DNA of 64,000 nt from Candidatus Krumholzibacteriia bacterium (GTDB lineage: Bacteria; Krumholzibacteriota; Krumholzibacteriia; LZORAL124-64-63), in NCBI GenBank assembly GCA_050174015.1, contig JBFXKG010000005.1, forward strand, positions 163,928 to 227,927. Reading direction: 5' to 3'. The notes below the pieces were generated by a model. The model saw nothing but the letters and a program-made list of their open reading frames with translations, did not search any database and was not told the origin of the DNA. Shown here one piece after another: positions 1-9,598 of the stretch. Positions within the stretch are counted from its first letter, which is position 1; each line of letters starts with the position of its first letter. The position numbers and the translations under genes were made by a program.

Positions 1-827
1 ACCCGCACGTGCGGCCGCCACCGCGGCAACCGGCCTGGCCGCTTGCGCGCGCGGGCCGCCCGGTCGTCCCAGGCCCCGATGTAGCAAAGCCAGCTGCACC
101 AGGCCGGCCCCACCAGGAGGATGGACGAGGTGAACAGGATCGCCATGAAGATCCCGCCGCCCCGGAAGATCGGGCCGGCGGCGATGAGGGCCGGCACCGG
201 CAGGTGCAGTTTCCCTGTCATCAGGAGCTTTTCCAGGCCGGAGAGGCCCAGCACCAGCTGGGTGAAGAAGACCAGGGAAAAGGCCAGCCACACCTTCGGC
301 CGCAGCTTCTTGATGGTGCGGGGATCCCGCAGGCGGTCGGACAGCCACCCGGCGTAGAAGGCCAGCACCAGCCCTTCCCACCAGCCGGCGAAGGGCAGGA
401 ATCTTTCCGCCAGCAGCCCGGCCGGATCCATGAACAGCTGGACGGGGACGAGCAGGCCGCAGGTCAGCAGGAAGGCGGCCAGGCCGGCGGCCACGGGGTC
501 GCGTTCGGGCAGGCGCCGACGCCGGCCGGACGTGTTCAGGAGCAGTCCGGACAAGGCGGTGAACAGGGCGACGCCCCCGAGGATGGCGGCCATGCGCCCG
601 TAGGGCAGACCCGCCATCCGGCGGATGCCCACGAGGGACTCGATGGTCAGGATCCATTCGACCGCTCCGGCCGCGAGGACCCCCTGGATCGCCAGGTCGG
701 CCCAGCGGCGGCGCAACAGGAGGGCGAAGGGGAGGGCCAGCCACATCCCGACCAGGCCGGGCTCTCCGCCCCGGCTGTGATGGGCGGCCATGACCAGGCA
801 GGACAGGATCAACGGAACATAACGCAT
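1..827 (-). CDS. Polytopic membrane 4Fe-4S-binding protein (NapH/YccM-like), truncated by the window start; absent from the ORF track
   Basis: Manual translation from ATG 827 (GAGGAGG RBS): MRYVPLILSCLV... with many TM segments, KLHLPVPALI and WCSWLCYIG (CxxxC motif). The frame stays open to position 1. Confidence 0.7.
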   Translation of the reverse strand, partial: MRYVPLILSCLVMAAHHSRGGEPGLVGMWLALPFALLLRRRWADLAIQGVLAAGAVEWILTIESLVGIRRMAGLPYGRMAAILGGVALFTALSGLLLNTSGRRRRLPERDPVAAGLAAFLLTCGLLVPVQLFMDPAGLLAERFLPFAGWWEGLVLAFYAGWLSDRLRDPRTIKKLRPKVWLAFSLVFFTQLVLGLSGLEKLLMTGKLHLPVPALIAAGPIFRGGGIFMAILFTSSILLVGPAWCSWLCYIGAWDDRAARARKRPGRLPRWRPHVR

Positions 828-1069
828 GAGGACCTCCTCTGAGATGGAAACTAACAGGTGACCAGTCCGGAGTCAAATCTTTAAAGGTATGCCTTTATTG
901 GATATACGATGTCCATAACGGGATCGGGATGAAAAAGTGATGAAAATACTCCAGAAAACCACTTGGCAATTAATCTCCATGAATGTTAAAATCACACCTC
1001 GTCAGAATATCCGGGATTGTGATCCCGGATTTCCCAGTCACCAGGTCTCGAATCGTGGGGGGAGCCACC

Positions 1070-2344
1070 ATGAATAGAATCAAGCTCGGATTCCTGGTCT
1101 TCTGCGCGGCGGTGATCGCCATGACCACGGTCGCGGGGGCGCGGCCCGAACAGGTGGAACTCGTGGGGGACGTCACCTATGTGGGGGCCCAGGGCGACGT
1201 GATCGTCGGCAGCCGCTGCGCAGCCTTCGATGACCCTGGAATCGTCGCCGAGCGGGCCCCCGCCGACCTCGACCGCTGGATCCGGGAGCGCGCGGGCGAG
1301 AAGGCCGTGATCAGCATCCCGGTGGCCATGCACAACATCTACGCCAGCCAGACCAGCGGTTACGTCACCGACCAGATGGTCACTGACCAGATCCAGGTTC
1401 TGAACGACGCCTATGCCGGTACGGGAATCAGCTTCTACCTGCACCACTTCGCCCGTTACCAGTCGTCCCGCTACTATAGCTTCGACTATTACACGCGCGA
1501 GGAGAAGGCCGTGAAGCAGTACCTCGCCATCGACCCGGCCCACGTGCTGAACATCTACCTGCAGAGCCCTCCGGGCGGCCTGCTGGGTTGGGCCTACTTC
1601 CCGTGGATGGCTCCGGAGAACCACTGGGGCCACGGCGTCGTGATGCTGGGCGAGTCGCTCCCCGGCGGGTCCGCGGCCCCCTACAACGAGGGCGACACGG
1701 GAACCCATGAGGTCGGCCACTACCTCGGCCTTTACCACACCTTCCAGAACGGCTGCTTCGGCAACGGCGACGAGGTGGACGACACGCCGTTCGAACTGAT
1801 CCCCGCCTACGGTTGCCCCGAGGGCCGGGACACCTGCCCGGGCGCCGGCGCCGATCCCATCCACAACTTCATGGACTACACCGACGACTCCTGCATGGAT
1901 CACTTCACCTCGGGCCAGTCGGGACGGATCGACTGGGCCGTGACGACCTACCGCCCCAGCCTGGGCGGGACCCCGGCCAAGGCCGCCGTCGCGGCCGACA
2001 AGGCGGGCGCCGATTTCGACGCGGCCATCGACGCCATCCTGGCCCAGGACCGGTTCGACGAGCCGGCGGCCATCGCAGCCTACGCTCCCGTGCTGGGCGA
2101 CATCGCTCCCAACCCGTTCAACCCCATGACCACCGTGGCGTTCGAGCTGCCCCGCAGCGCGCACGTCAGCATCGCCGTGTACGATCTGGCCGGTCGCCAG
2201 GTCCGCACCCTGGTGGACGGGGAGCGCGAGGCCGGCCGCCACGAGGTCACCCTCGACGGAAGCGGCCTGGCCAGCGGCGTCTACATGGTGCGGATGCTGA
2301 GCGCCGGAGTCGACGAGAGCCGGCGGATCACCTTGCTGAAGTAG
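1070..2344 (+). CDS. Secreted zinc metalloprotease, M43 (pappalysin/ulilysin-like), with C-terminal FlgD-Ig-like domain
   Basis: Signal peptide from MNRIKLG; HEVGHYLGLYH zinc motif; NFMDY Met-turn; C-terminal PNPFNP...YDLAGRQVRTL...LASGVY. Confidence 0.9.
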   Translation: MNRIKLGFLVFCAAVIAMTTVAGARPEQVELVGDVTYVGAQGDVIVGSRCAAFDDPGIVAERAPADLDRWIRERAGEKAVISIPVAMHNIYASQTSGYVTDQMVTDQIQVLNDAYAGTGISFYLHHFARYQSSRYYSFDYYTREEKAVKQYLAIDPAHVLNIYLQSPPGGLLGWAYFPWMAPENHWGHGVVMLGESLPGGSAAPYNEGDTGTHEVGHYLGLYHTFQNGCFGNGDEVDDTPFELIPAYGCPEGRDTCPGAGADPIHNFMDYTDDSCMDHFTSGQSGRIDWAVTTYRPSLGGTPAKAAVAADKAGADFDAAIDAILAQDRFDEPAAIAAYAPVLGDIAPNPFNPMTTVAFELPRSAHVSIAVYDLAGRQVRTLVDGEREAGRHEVTLDGSGLASGVYMVRMLSAGVDESRRITLLK

Positions 2345-2367
2345 GATCCGCCTCCAGGGATCATACC

Positions 2368-2409
2368 CCGGCCGTTCCGGATTCGTCCCGGAACGGCCGG
2401 TTTTTTCTT
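2368..2409 (+). terminator. Rho-independent terminator
   Basis: 13-bp stem ccggccgttccgg/ccggaacggccgg followed by TTTTTT. Confidence 0.85.
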
Positions 2410-2493
2410 GGAAAGAGCCGCCCCCGCGTCACACCTTGAAGGGGTGATCGCGCCGGTCCGCAGGCCGGTCCAGCCCCACCGAAAGGCGCGCCC

Positions 2494-2997
2494 ATGAGCA
2501 CCGACGTCCGCGCCGCCCTGGCTTCGCGCCGGGACGAGATCAGTTCCGCCGTCTTCTCCCGGCTCCACGATTCCACCGCCGTCCATTACCGTCAGGCCGA
2601 CCAGGAGCTCCTGCGCGGCCGCGCCGACCGCCTGGTGGACGCCTTCCTGGACGCCTTGCCCGGCCGCCCCGCGGTCTTCATCGATTTCATCGGGGCGATC
2701 GCCCGGGAGCGCATCGGCGAGGGATTCGCCCTCAGGGAGATCCAGCTCGCCCTGAGCATCCTGGAGGATCAGGCCTGGAAGCTGGTGGCCGCGGTGATTC
2801 CCGCCGGCGGCCAGGTCGCCGCCCTGGGGTTGGTGACCACCATCATCGGAGCGGCCAAGGACCAGCTGGCCAACGTCTACCTCCAGGAGATGCTCGACCT
2901 GCGGAGCCGCATGTCCAGCCTGGGCCTGGCGACCGAGACCCTGGCCGGGGGGACGGACAGCGGTCCCGCCTCGCCGGAGGATTGCCTGGCCCGCTGA
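2494..2997 (+). CDS. All-helical protein, RsbRD N-terminal-like domain
   Basis: Helical pattern IARERIGEGFALREIQLAL; family call from recall only. Confidence 0.5.
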   Translation: MSTDVRAALASRRDEISSAVFSRLHDSTAVHYRQADQELLRGRADRLVDAFLDALPGRPAVFIDFIGAIARERIGEGFALREIQLALSILEDQAWKLVAAVIPAGGQVAALGLVTTIIGAAKDQLANVYLQEMLDLRSRMSSLGLATETLAGGTDSGPASPEDCLAR

Positions 2998-3163
2998 CCT
3001 TCCGGCCTGTGCGGGGACCAGGCGGCCAAGGCCCGGCAGGCCGGGGCCCACTCCGGAGCCCACGCGGTACAGGGCCCACACAGGGCCCACGCGGCAGTTG
3101 TGCCGTGGCGACGCTTCGTGATACGGTGGCAGGAGACCCCGTTCACCCCCAACCGGAGCCGCC

Positions 3164-3919
3164 ATGCTGCGCATCCCCGACCGAGGCCGGCACGTCACCC
3201 GGGAACCATCGGTCATCGCTCAGAACCTGCTGGGCCGGCCGCTGGCCACATTCCGGCGCCGGAGCCTGGCCTACCTCTTCGACCTGACCCTGTTCGCCAC
3301 CCTGTTCGGGGCCTTGTTCATGGGACTGACGCTGCTGAACATCCGCAGCGCCGATCCCACCCTGTTGCCAAGGCTGGAGGCGCTGATGTCCGGGGATGCG
3401 CCCGCGGATTCCACCAGCGCCTCGCGGCTCGCCCTCGACGCGCTGGTCATGGTCGGGGAGCGAATCCCCGACGCCCTGCCGCCGCGCGTGGCCGAGGCCG
3501 TCGCGGCGCGGGACCTGGAGGGAGTGAAGCGGGAATTCCTCGACCGGGACGTGGTGGTCGGACTGTCCTCGGGCCCCACCCGCCTGCGCGACGGCCGCTT
3601 CGAGGTCGGGCCCGATCTGCTGCTGGGCAGCTATTCCAGCGCCTTCAGCTGGGGCGCGTTCTTCGTGGGTTGGTTCACCCTGTGGACGAGGCTGCTGAAG
3701 GGGCGCACCCCGGGGAAGTTCCTGTTCGGCCTGCAGATCGTCAAGCTGGACGGCAAGCCCCTGTCCTGGTGGGACGCCTTCGGCCGCAGCGGAGGCTACG
3801 GAGCGAGCGCGGCGACGGCGTTCCTGGGTTTTCTCGAGGCGATCTGGCACCCCAACCGCCAGGCCATTCATGACCGCATCAGCGGAACCGTGGTGATCAG
3901 GCGCCCCCTCCGTCCGTGA
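3164..3919 (+). CDS. RDD family membrane protein with an internal soluble insertion
   Basis: RRSLAYLFD, GRTPGKFLFGLQIV and RQAIHDRISGTVV motifs. Confidence 0.85.
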   Translation: MLRIPDRGRHVTREPSVIAQNLLGRPLATFRRRSLAYLFDLTLFATLFGALFMGLTLLNIRSADPTLLPRLEALMSGDAPADSTSASRLALDALVMVGERIPDALPPRVAEAVAARDLEGVKREFLDRDVVVGLSSGPTRLRDGRFEVGPDLLLGSYSSAFSWGAFFVGWFTLWTRLLKGRTPGKFLFGLQIVKLDGKPLSWWDAFGRSGGYGASAATAFLGFLEAIWHPNRQAIHDRISGTVVIRRPLRP

Positions 3920-3929
3920 AGGAGCCACC

Positions 3930-5150
3930 GTGTCCCTGCCCGACATCCGGTCCATCCGTTCCCGCTTCCCCGGCCTGGCCGGCGACTGGATCTTCCTGGA
4001 GAATGCCGGCGGGTCCCAGGTTCCCCGCTGCGTCGCCGACGCCGTCCACAGGTACCTGACCGAGACGTACGTCCAGCTGGGAGCGGGATACCTCCGGTCC
4101 CGGACCAGCACCCGGACGGTCGAGCGGGCCCACGAGTTCGCGGCCGTCCTGGCCGGAACGCAGGACGGCGTGGCCGTGCTCGGGCCGTCCACCACGGTCC
4201 TGCTCAACACCCTGGCTTCGTGCTACGCCGGAGTGCTGGAACCCGGCCGTGAGATCATCCTGGCCCGCTCCGGCCACGAGGCGAACCTGGGCTGCTGGAA
4301 GCGCCTGGAGCGGCAGGGTTGCACGATCCGGTGGTGGGATTTCGACCGGGAGACCTTCACCCTGCAGCCGGTCCTCCTGGAATCCCTCCTCAACGAGAGA
4401 ACGGCCATCGTGGCCCTGCCGCACGTCTCCAACCTGCTGGGCCACGCCGTCGACCTGAAGGAAGTCTGCCGCCTTGCCCACGCCGCCGGCGCGAAGGTCG
4501 TGGCCGACGGTGTCGCCTTCGCGCCCCACCGGGCCGTCCGGTTCGACGAGTGGGGCGTGGACTGGTACGCGTGGTCGGCCTACAAGGTCTACGGGCCCCA
4601 CATGGCGGTCCTGGTGGGGCGGCCGGACCAGATGGCCGAGCTGCCCGGAGCCAACCACTTCTTCATTCCGCCCGGGGAACAGGCCTACAGGTTCGAACCA
4701 GGCGGGGCCAATCACGAGAGCTGCGCCGGCCTGCTGGGCCTGGGGAGGTACCTGGCGTTCCTGGCGGGGGCGCCGGAGGACGCGGACTGCTCGCGGGGGA
4801 ACGTGGAGGCGGCCTTCGCCCGGATGCCGGCCCTGGAAAGACCCCTGCTGGAGAGGCTTCTGGAGTACCTCGGCAGCAAGCCCGGCGTCCGGATCATCGG
4901 CCCGGCCTCGGCGGACGAGGACCGGGTGGGCACCGTGAGCTTCGTCCACGACAGCCTGCCCTCGAGGGAGATCGCCGCCAGGGTCGACCGCTCCCGGGTC
5001 GCCCTCCGCCACGGCCACATGTACGCCTACCACCTGTGCGAGGATCTGGGGCTTGACCCGGAAGACGGAGTGGTCCGGGTCAGTTTCGTGCATTACAATA
5101 CCCGGGACGAGATCGAGGAACTGATCGGGGTGCTCGAGGGCATCCTCTGA
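3930..5150 (+). CDS. Class V PLP aminotransferase / cysteine desulfurase-like protein
   Basis: FLENAGGSQVP, HEAN, DGVAFAPH, SAYKVYGPH (PLP lysine), VRVSFVHYNT. Confidence 0.88.
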   Translation: MSLPDIRSIRSRFPGLAGDWIFLENAGGSQVPRCVADAVHRYLTETYVQLGAGYLRSRTSTRTVERAHEFAAVLAGTQDGVAVLGPSTTVLLNTLASCYAGVLEPGREIILARSGHEANLGCWKRLERQGCTIRWWDFDRETFTLQPVLLESLLNERTAIVALPHVSNLLGHAVDLKEVCRLAHAAGAKVVADGVAFAPHRAVRFDEWGVDWYAWSAYKVYGPHMAVLVGRPDQMAELPGANHFFIPPGEQAYRFEPGGANHESCAGLLGLGRYLAFLAGAPEDADCSRGNVEAAFARMPALERPLLERLLEYLGSKPGVRIIGPASADEDRVGTVSFVHDSLPSREIAARVDRSRVALRHGHMYAYHLCEDLGLDPEDGVVRVSFVHYNTRDEIEELIGVLEGIL

Positions 5151-5177
5151 TCCTGGGACGACAAGGACGGAAGACCC

Positions 5178-5852
5178 ATGCGGAATATCGACGTCACTCT
5201 GTTCCACCGGCTGTTCCGCGCGCACCCCTGGCATGGGGTGAGCATCGGGGACGAAGCTCCCGACGTCGTCACGGCATTCATCGAGATCGTCCCGAGCGAC
5301 ACGGTGAAGTACGAGCTGGACAAGCCGACCGGCCACCTGAAGGTGGACCGCCCGCAGAAGTTCTCCAACGTCTATCCCACCCTGTACGGGCTGATCCCCC
5401 AGACCTACTGCGGCGAGCGGACGGCCGAGTTCTGCATGAAGCAGGCCTCCCGCACCGGCATCGTGGGGGACGGCGATCCCCTGGACGTGTGCGTGCTGGC
5501 AGAGAAGTCCATCACCCACGGCGACATCCTGCTGCCGGTGACCCCGATCGGGGGGTTGCGGATGATCGACGGCAACGAGGCCGACGACAAGATCATCGCG
5601 GTGATGCGGGGCGACGCCATCTACGGCCACATGAAGGATCTCTACGAGTGCCCGCCCGCCCTGGTCGACCGGCTGAAGCACTACTTCCTGACCTACAAGG
5701 ACGCCCCCGGCGCCCGCCGCAAGCGGGAGACCGAGATCACCCACGTCTACGGCCGGGACGAGGCCCACGAGGTGATCGAGCGCAGCGTCCTGGACTACGC
5801 GGAGAAGTACGGGGACCTGAAGGCCCTGTTCGAAAGACTGCGGACGCGCTGA
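5178..5852 (+). CDS. ppa: Inorganic pyrophosphatase, family I
   Basis: HPWHG, KYELDK, YGLIPQT, GDGDPLDV, EADDKII. Confidence 0.93.
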   Translation: MRNIDVTLFHRLFRAHPWHGVSIGDEAPDVVTAFIEIVPSDTVKYELDKPTGHLKVDRPQKFSNVYPTLYGLIPQTYCGERTAEFCMKQASRTGIVGDGDPLDVCVLAEKSITHGDILLPVTPIGGLRMIDGNEADDKIIAVMRGDAIYGHMKDLYECPPALVDRLKHYFLTYKDAPGARRKRETEITHVYGRDEAHEVIERSVLDYAEKYGDLKALFERLRTR

Positions 5853-5978
5853 TCCCGACCATCCGACCGGATCCCTCTTCAATCGATCCATGAACTGCTG
5901 GATGGTGCGGGGCAGACCCCGGCCCTCGACGGCTCATCGCCCACTGATTTTCCCGGAAAAAATCCAATTAGTTGCCTA

Positions 5979-6009
5979 GTTGACATACTATTCAACCATG
6001 TGATACAAA
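5979..6009 (+). promoter_or_regulatory. Candidate sigma70 promoter of DUF4212-actP with overlapping inverted repeat
   Basis: TTGACA at 5980-5985 lies inside GTTGA-N8-TCAAC (5979-5996); the -10 match is only fair. Confidence 0.45.
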
Positions 6010-6081
6010 GATAATAAGAAGGCAAAATCAGGTTGGATTTCCTTCCCCCTCCATTCCCAAACTCCAGCCCTGGAGGTCGTG

Positions 6082-6333
6082 ATGAGCCAAGCCCAAGAGT
6101 ACTGGAAGGCGAACCTCAGACTCGTCTCTCTCTGCATCGTGATCTGGTTCCTGGTGTCGTTCGGTTTCGGCATCCTGCTGGCCGAACCCCTGAACGCGAT
6201 AAAGCTGGGTGGGTACAAGCTGGGCTTCTGGTTCGCCCAGCAGGGGTCGATCTACATCTTCGTCGCCTTGATCTTCTTCTATGCCCATAGGATGAACATC
6301 CTGGATCGCAAGTTCAACGTTCACGAGGACTGA
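6082..6333 (+). CDS. DUF4212 solute:sodium symporter small subunit
   Basis: YWKANL...GFWFAQQGSI motif; two TM helices; directly upstream of an SSS gene. Confidence 0.9.
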   Translation: MSQAQEYWKANLRLVSLCIVIWFLVSFGFGILLAEPLNAIKLGGYKLGFWFAQQGSIYIFVALIFFYAHRMNILDRKFNVHED

Positions 6334-6419
6334 CGCCCTCCGCCGCCCGCCCTGCCGTTCCCAGCGGCCGGGCCGAGGGGGCATCAGGTTCAGGACGCTC
6401 AGGCAAGGGAGTAACGGTA

Positions 6420-8189
6420 ATGGATCTTAAACTCATGACCTTCCTGGTGGTCGGCGCCACCTTCGCGATCTACATCTACATCGCCATCAGGGCCAGGGCC
6501 GCCACGACGGCCGAGTTCTACGTCGCCGGCAAGGGGGTGCACCCCGTCCTCAACGGGATGGCCACCGGCGCCGACTGGATGTCCGCGGCCTCGTTCATCT
6601 CCATGGCCGGCATCATCGCCTTCAAGGGGTACGACGCCTCGGCCTACCTCATGGGCTGGACCGGGGGCTACGTGCTGCTGGCCATGCTCCTGGCCCCGTA
6701 CCTCCGCAAGTACGGCAAGTTCACCGTCCCCGAGTTCATCGGCGACCGGTTCTACAGCAAGGCCGCCCGCGGCGTGGCGATCCTGTGCCTGGTCACCGCC
6801 TCGCTCACCTACGTGATCGGACAGATGAAGGGGGTGGGGGTGGCCTTCTCCCGCTTCCTGGAAGTGCCGTTCGAGACCGGGGTCTACGTCGGCATGGCCA
6901 TCGTCTTCGTCTACGCGGTGCTCGGGGGGATGAAAGGCATCACCTACACCCAGATCGCCCAGTACTGCGTCCTGATCTTCGCCTACACGGTGCCGGCCAT
7001 CTTCATCTCGCTGCACCTGACGGGCAACCCCATCCCCCAGCTGGGTCTGGGCGGAAACCTCTCGGACGGGGGCGGGGCCCTGCTGGCCAAGCTGGATCTG
7101 ATCTGCACGGATCTCGGTTTCACCCAGTACACGGCGCGCAAGGGGGGGACCCTGGACATCTTTCTGCTGACCATGTCCCTGATGATCGGCACCGCGGGCC
7201 TGCCCCACGTGATCACCCGCTTCTTCACTGTGCCCAAGGTGCGCGACGCCCGGTCCAGCGCCGGCTGGGCCCTGGTGTTCATCGCCATCCTGTACACCAC
7301 GGCTCCCGCCGTGGGGGCCATGGCGCGCCTGAACCTGATGCGCACCATCCAGACCGGCCAGGTTGGCGCGGTCGACGGGAACGTCAAGTACGACGAGGCG
7401 CCGGCCTGGTTCTCCAACTGGGAGAAGACCGGACTACTGCAGTGGGAGGACAAGAACAACGACGGCCGCATCCAGTACTACGGTCCCGGCCTCGACGGGC
7501 AGGCCGCCCGGTTCGGCTGGCAGGGCAACGAGATGACCAAGGTCGACAACGACATCATGGTGCTCGCCAACCCCGAGATCGCAGGCCTTCCCAACTGGAT
7601 CATCGCCCTGGTGGCGGCCGGCGGCATCGCGGCCGCCCTGTCGACCGCCGCGGGTCTGCTCCTGGCCATCTCCTCGGCGATCTCCCACGACCTGCTGAAG
7701 GGCATCTTCACGCCCAGGATCAGCGAGAAGTCCGAACTGATGGCCGGCCGCATCTCCATGGCGGGCGCCATCGTCATTGCGGGGATCATGGGGATCCATC
7801 CCCCCGGCTTCGCCGCCCAGGTGGTGGCCCTGGCGTTCGGCCTGGCGGCCTCGTCCATCTTCCCGGCCATCATGATGGGCATCTTCAACCGGCGCATGAA
7901 CCAGCAAGGGGCGATAGCGGGCATGCTCGCCGGCCTCTTCAGCACCCTGATCTACATCTTCTGGTTCAAGGGGTGGTTCTTCGTGCCGGGGACCAACATG
8001 GCGCCCGATGACGCCGCCCACTGGTTCATGGGCATCTCCCCGGGTTCCTTCGGGGCCGTGGGCGCGTTGATCAACTTCGCGGTGGCCTACGTCGTGTCCA
8101 AGGTGACGCCCCCGCCGCCGGAGCACATCCAGGCCCTGGTGGAGGACATCCGCGTTCCCATGGGCGCCGGTGGGCCGCGCGGGCACTAG
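6420..8189 (+). CDS. actP: Cation/acetate symporter (SSS family, ActP-like)
   Basis: ADWMSAASFIS, GMKGITYTQ, GTAGLPHV..RFFTVP, AAALSTAAGLLL; acs nearby. Confidence 0.88.
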   Translation: MDLKLMTFLVVGATFAIYIYIAIRARAATTAEFYVAGKGVHPVLNGMATGADWMSAASFISMAGIIAFKGYDASAYLMGWTGGYVLLAMLLAPYLRKYGKFTVPEFIGDRFYSKAARGVAILCLVTASLTYVIGQMKGVGVAFSRFLEVPFETGVYVGMAIVFVYAVLGGMKGITYTQIAQYCVLIFAYTVPAIFISLHLTGNPIPQLGLGGNLSDGGGALLAKLDLICTDLGFTQYTARKGGTLDIFLLTMSLMIGTAGLPHVITRFFTVPKVRDARSSAGWALVFIAILYTTAPAVGAMARLNLMRTIQTGQVGAVDGNVKYDEAPAWFSNWEKTGLLQWEDKNNDGRIQYYGPGLDGQAARFGWQGNEMTKVDNDIMVLANPEIAGLPNWIIALVAAGGIAAALSTAAGLLLAISSAISHDLLKGIFTPRISEKSELMAGRISMAGAIVIAGIMGIHPPGFAAQVVALAFGLAASSIFPAIMMGIFNRRMNQQGAIAGMLAGLFSTLIYIFWFKGWFFVPGTNMAPDDAAHWFMGISPGSFGAVGALINFAVAYVVSKVTPPPPEHIQALVEDIRVPMGAGGPRGH

Positions 8190-8284
8190 CCCCGATCCGT
8201 CCTGCGAGCGGCGCGCCTGCATCCTGGCGGGCGCGCCGCAATCCTCGCGTTGATAATCCCCGGCCCTTGAGCTTTACTTTCTCC

Positions 8285-9472
8285 ATGCGCGGCAACAGGA
8301 CCTTCAAGTTCATCGATCGTTGGATCGGCATCCCCCTGGTGGGGGTCGCAGGCACGGCCCGTCAGCTCGGCAGGGTGGGGCGTCGGTCCGTCGGCGCGCC
8401 CCTGGGCCCGGGCGACCGGGTGCTCGTGGTCAAGCAGGCTGCGCTGGGGGATACCCTGCTCCTATTGCCCGTGCTCAAGGCCCTCAAGGACCGGGTCGGA
8501 CCGCAAGGCCGGGTGGTGATGGTGGCGACGCCGGTCAACCGCGAGGTGGCCGAGGCCTGCCCGTGGCTGGACCGGTTCCTGGTGCTGGATCCGGGTCGGA
8601 TCGTGTCCCGTCCCCTGGGCCTGGCGGGGATGATCCGCCAGCTGCGGGGCGAGCGCTTCACCGTCGCCCTGGATTTCGACCAGTGGCTGAGGTCGTCGGC
8701 CCTGCTCGCGACGGCATCGGGGGCCGCCCGGAGGCTGGGATTCCGCACTCCGGGCCAGCATCGCCACCAGGGGTTCGACGGAACCGTGGACCAGGCGCCC
8801 GGGATCCATGAAGGCGAGCTGTTCGCCGGGCTCGCCGTGGCGACGGGGATCGATGCGGGAGCCATCGAGCCCTACCCCGGTTTCCTCCGGCGCCATGGCA
8901 TCTGGTGCGATGGACCTCGGCCCGAACCCGGCGGCGATCGCCCCCCCCGTATCGTCTTCCACCCCGGCTGCGGATCCCATGGCTGGCAGCGGGAGTGGCC
9001 CCTGGAGTGCTATGCCGAACTGGGAGCCCGCCTCCAGGAGGACACCGGGGCGGACGTGGTCGTCACCGGGCACGGGACCCACGAGGTGTCCCTGGCCAAC
9101 GAGCTCCAGCACCGGGGGCGGTTCAACTTCACCAACCTGGCGGGGCGCATGTCGTTCCGGGAGCTTGCAGGCGAGCTGGACCGGTCCGATCTGGTGGTGT
9201 GCGGCAACACCGGGGTCATGCATCTGGCGGCTGGCCTGGGGGTTCCCCTGGTAGCGCTGCACGGGCCGACGGATCCGGTCAAGTGGGGGCCTCACGGGGG
9301 ATCGCCGGCGGGCGAGCCGAGATTCCAGGTCGTCGCCGCGGACCTTCCCTGTTCGCCCTGCCTCTTCCTGGGATTCGAGTACGGCTGTCCCGATCGGCCC
9401 TGCATGGATTCCCTCGCCGTCGAAACGGTTCTGCAGGCGTGCCTGAAAGCCATGGAGGCGGGAAGGTCCTGA
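8285..9472 (+). CDS. Glycosyltransferase family 9 (heptosyltransferase-like)
   Basis: ALGDTLL, HPG...REWP, NTGVMHLAAGLGVPLVALHGPTDP, CSPC...C.RPCM. Alternative TTG start at 8267. Confidence 0.88.
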   Translation: MRGNRTFKFIDRWIGIPLVGVAGTARQLGRVGRRSVGAPLGPGDRVLVVKQAALGDTLLLLPVLKALKDRVGPQGRVVMVATPVNREVAEACPWLDRFLVLDPGRIVSRPLGLAGMIRQLRGERFTVALDFDQWLRSSALLATASGAARRLGFRTPGQHRHQGFDGTVDQAPGIHEGELFAGLAVATGIDAGAIEPYPGFLRRHGIWCDGPRPEPGGDRPPRIVFHPGCGSHGWQREWPLECYAELGARLQEDTGADVVVTGHGTHEVSLANELQHRGRFNFTNLAGRMSFRELAGELDRSDLVVCGNTGVMHLAAGLGVPLVALHGPTDPVKWGPHGGSPAGEPRFQVVAADLPCSPCLFLGFEYGCPDRPCMDSLAVETVLQACLKAMEAGRS

Positions 9473-9598
9473 CCAGGGCCGCCGCGGAACGGGGATTGCA
9501 ATCAAGGGTCCGGGAGAAAAGGGGGGGGAGCCCGGTCCGGAACTTGTCGTGCAAGTCATTGTTCGGTAGGGACTTGCCCCGTCGGAAAGGCGTGACCG

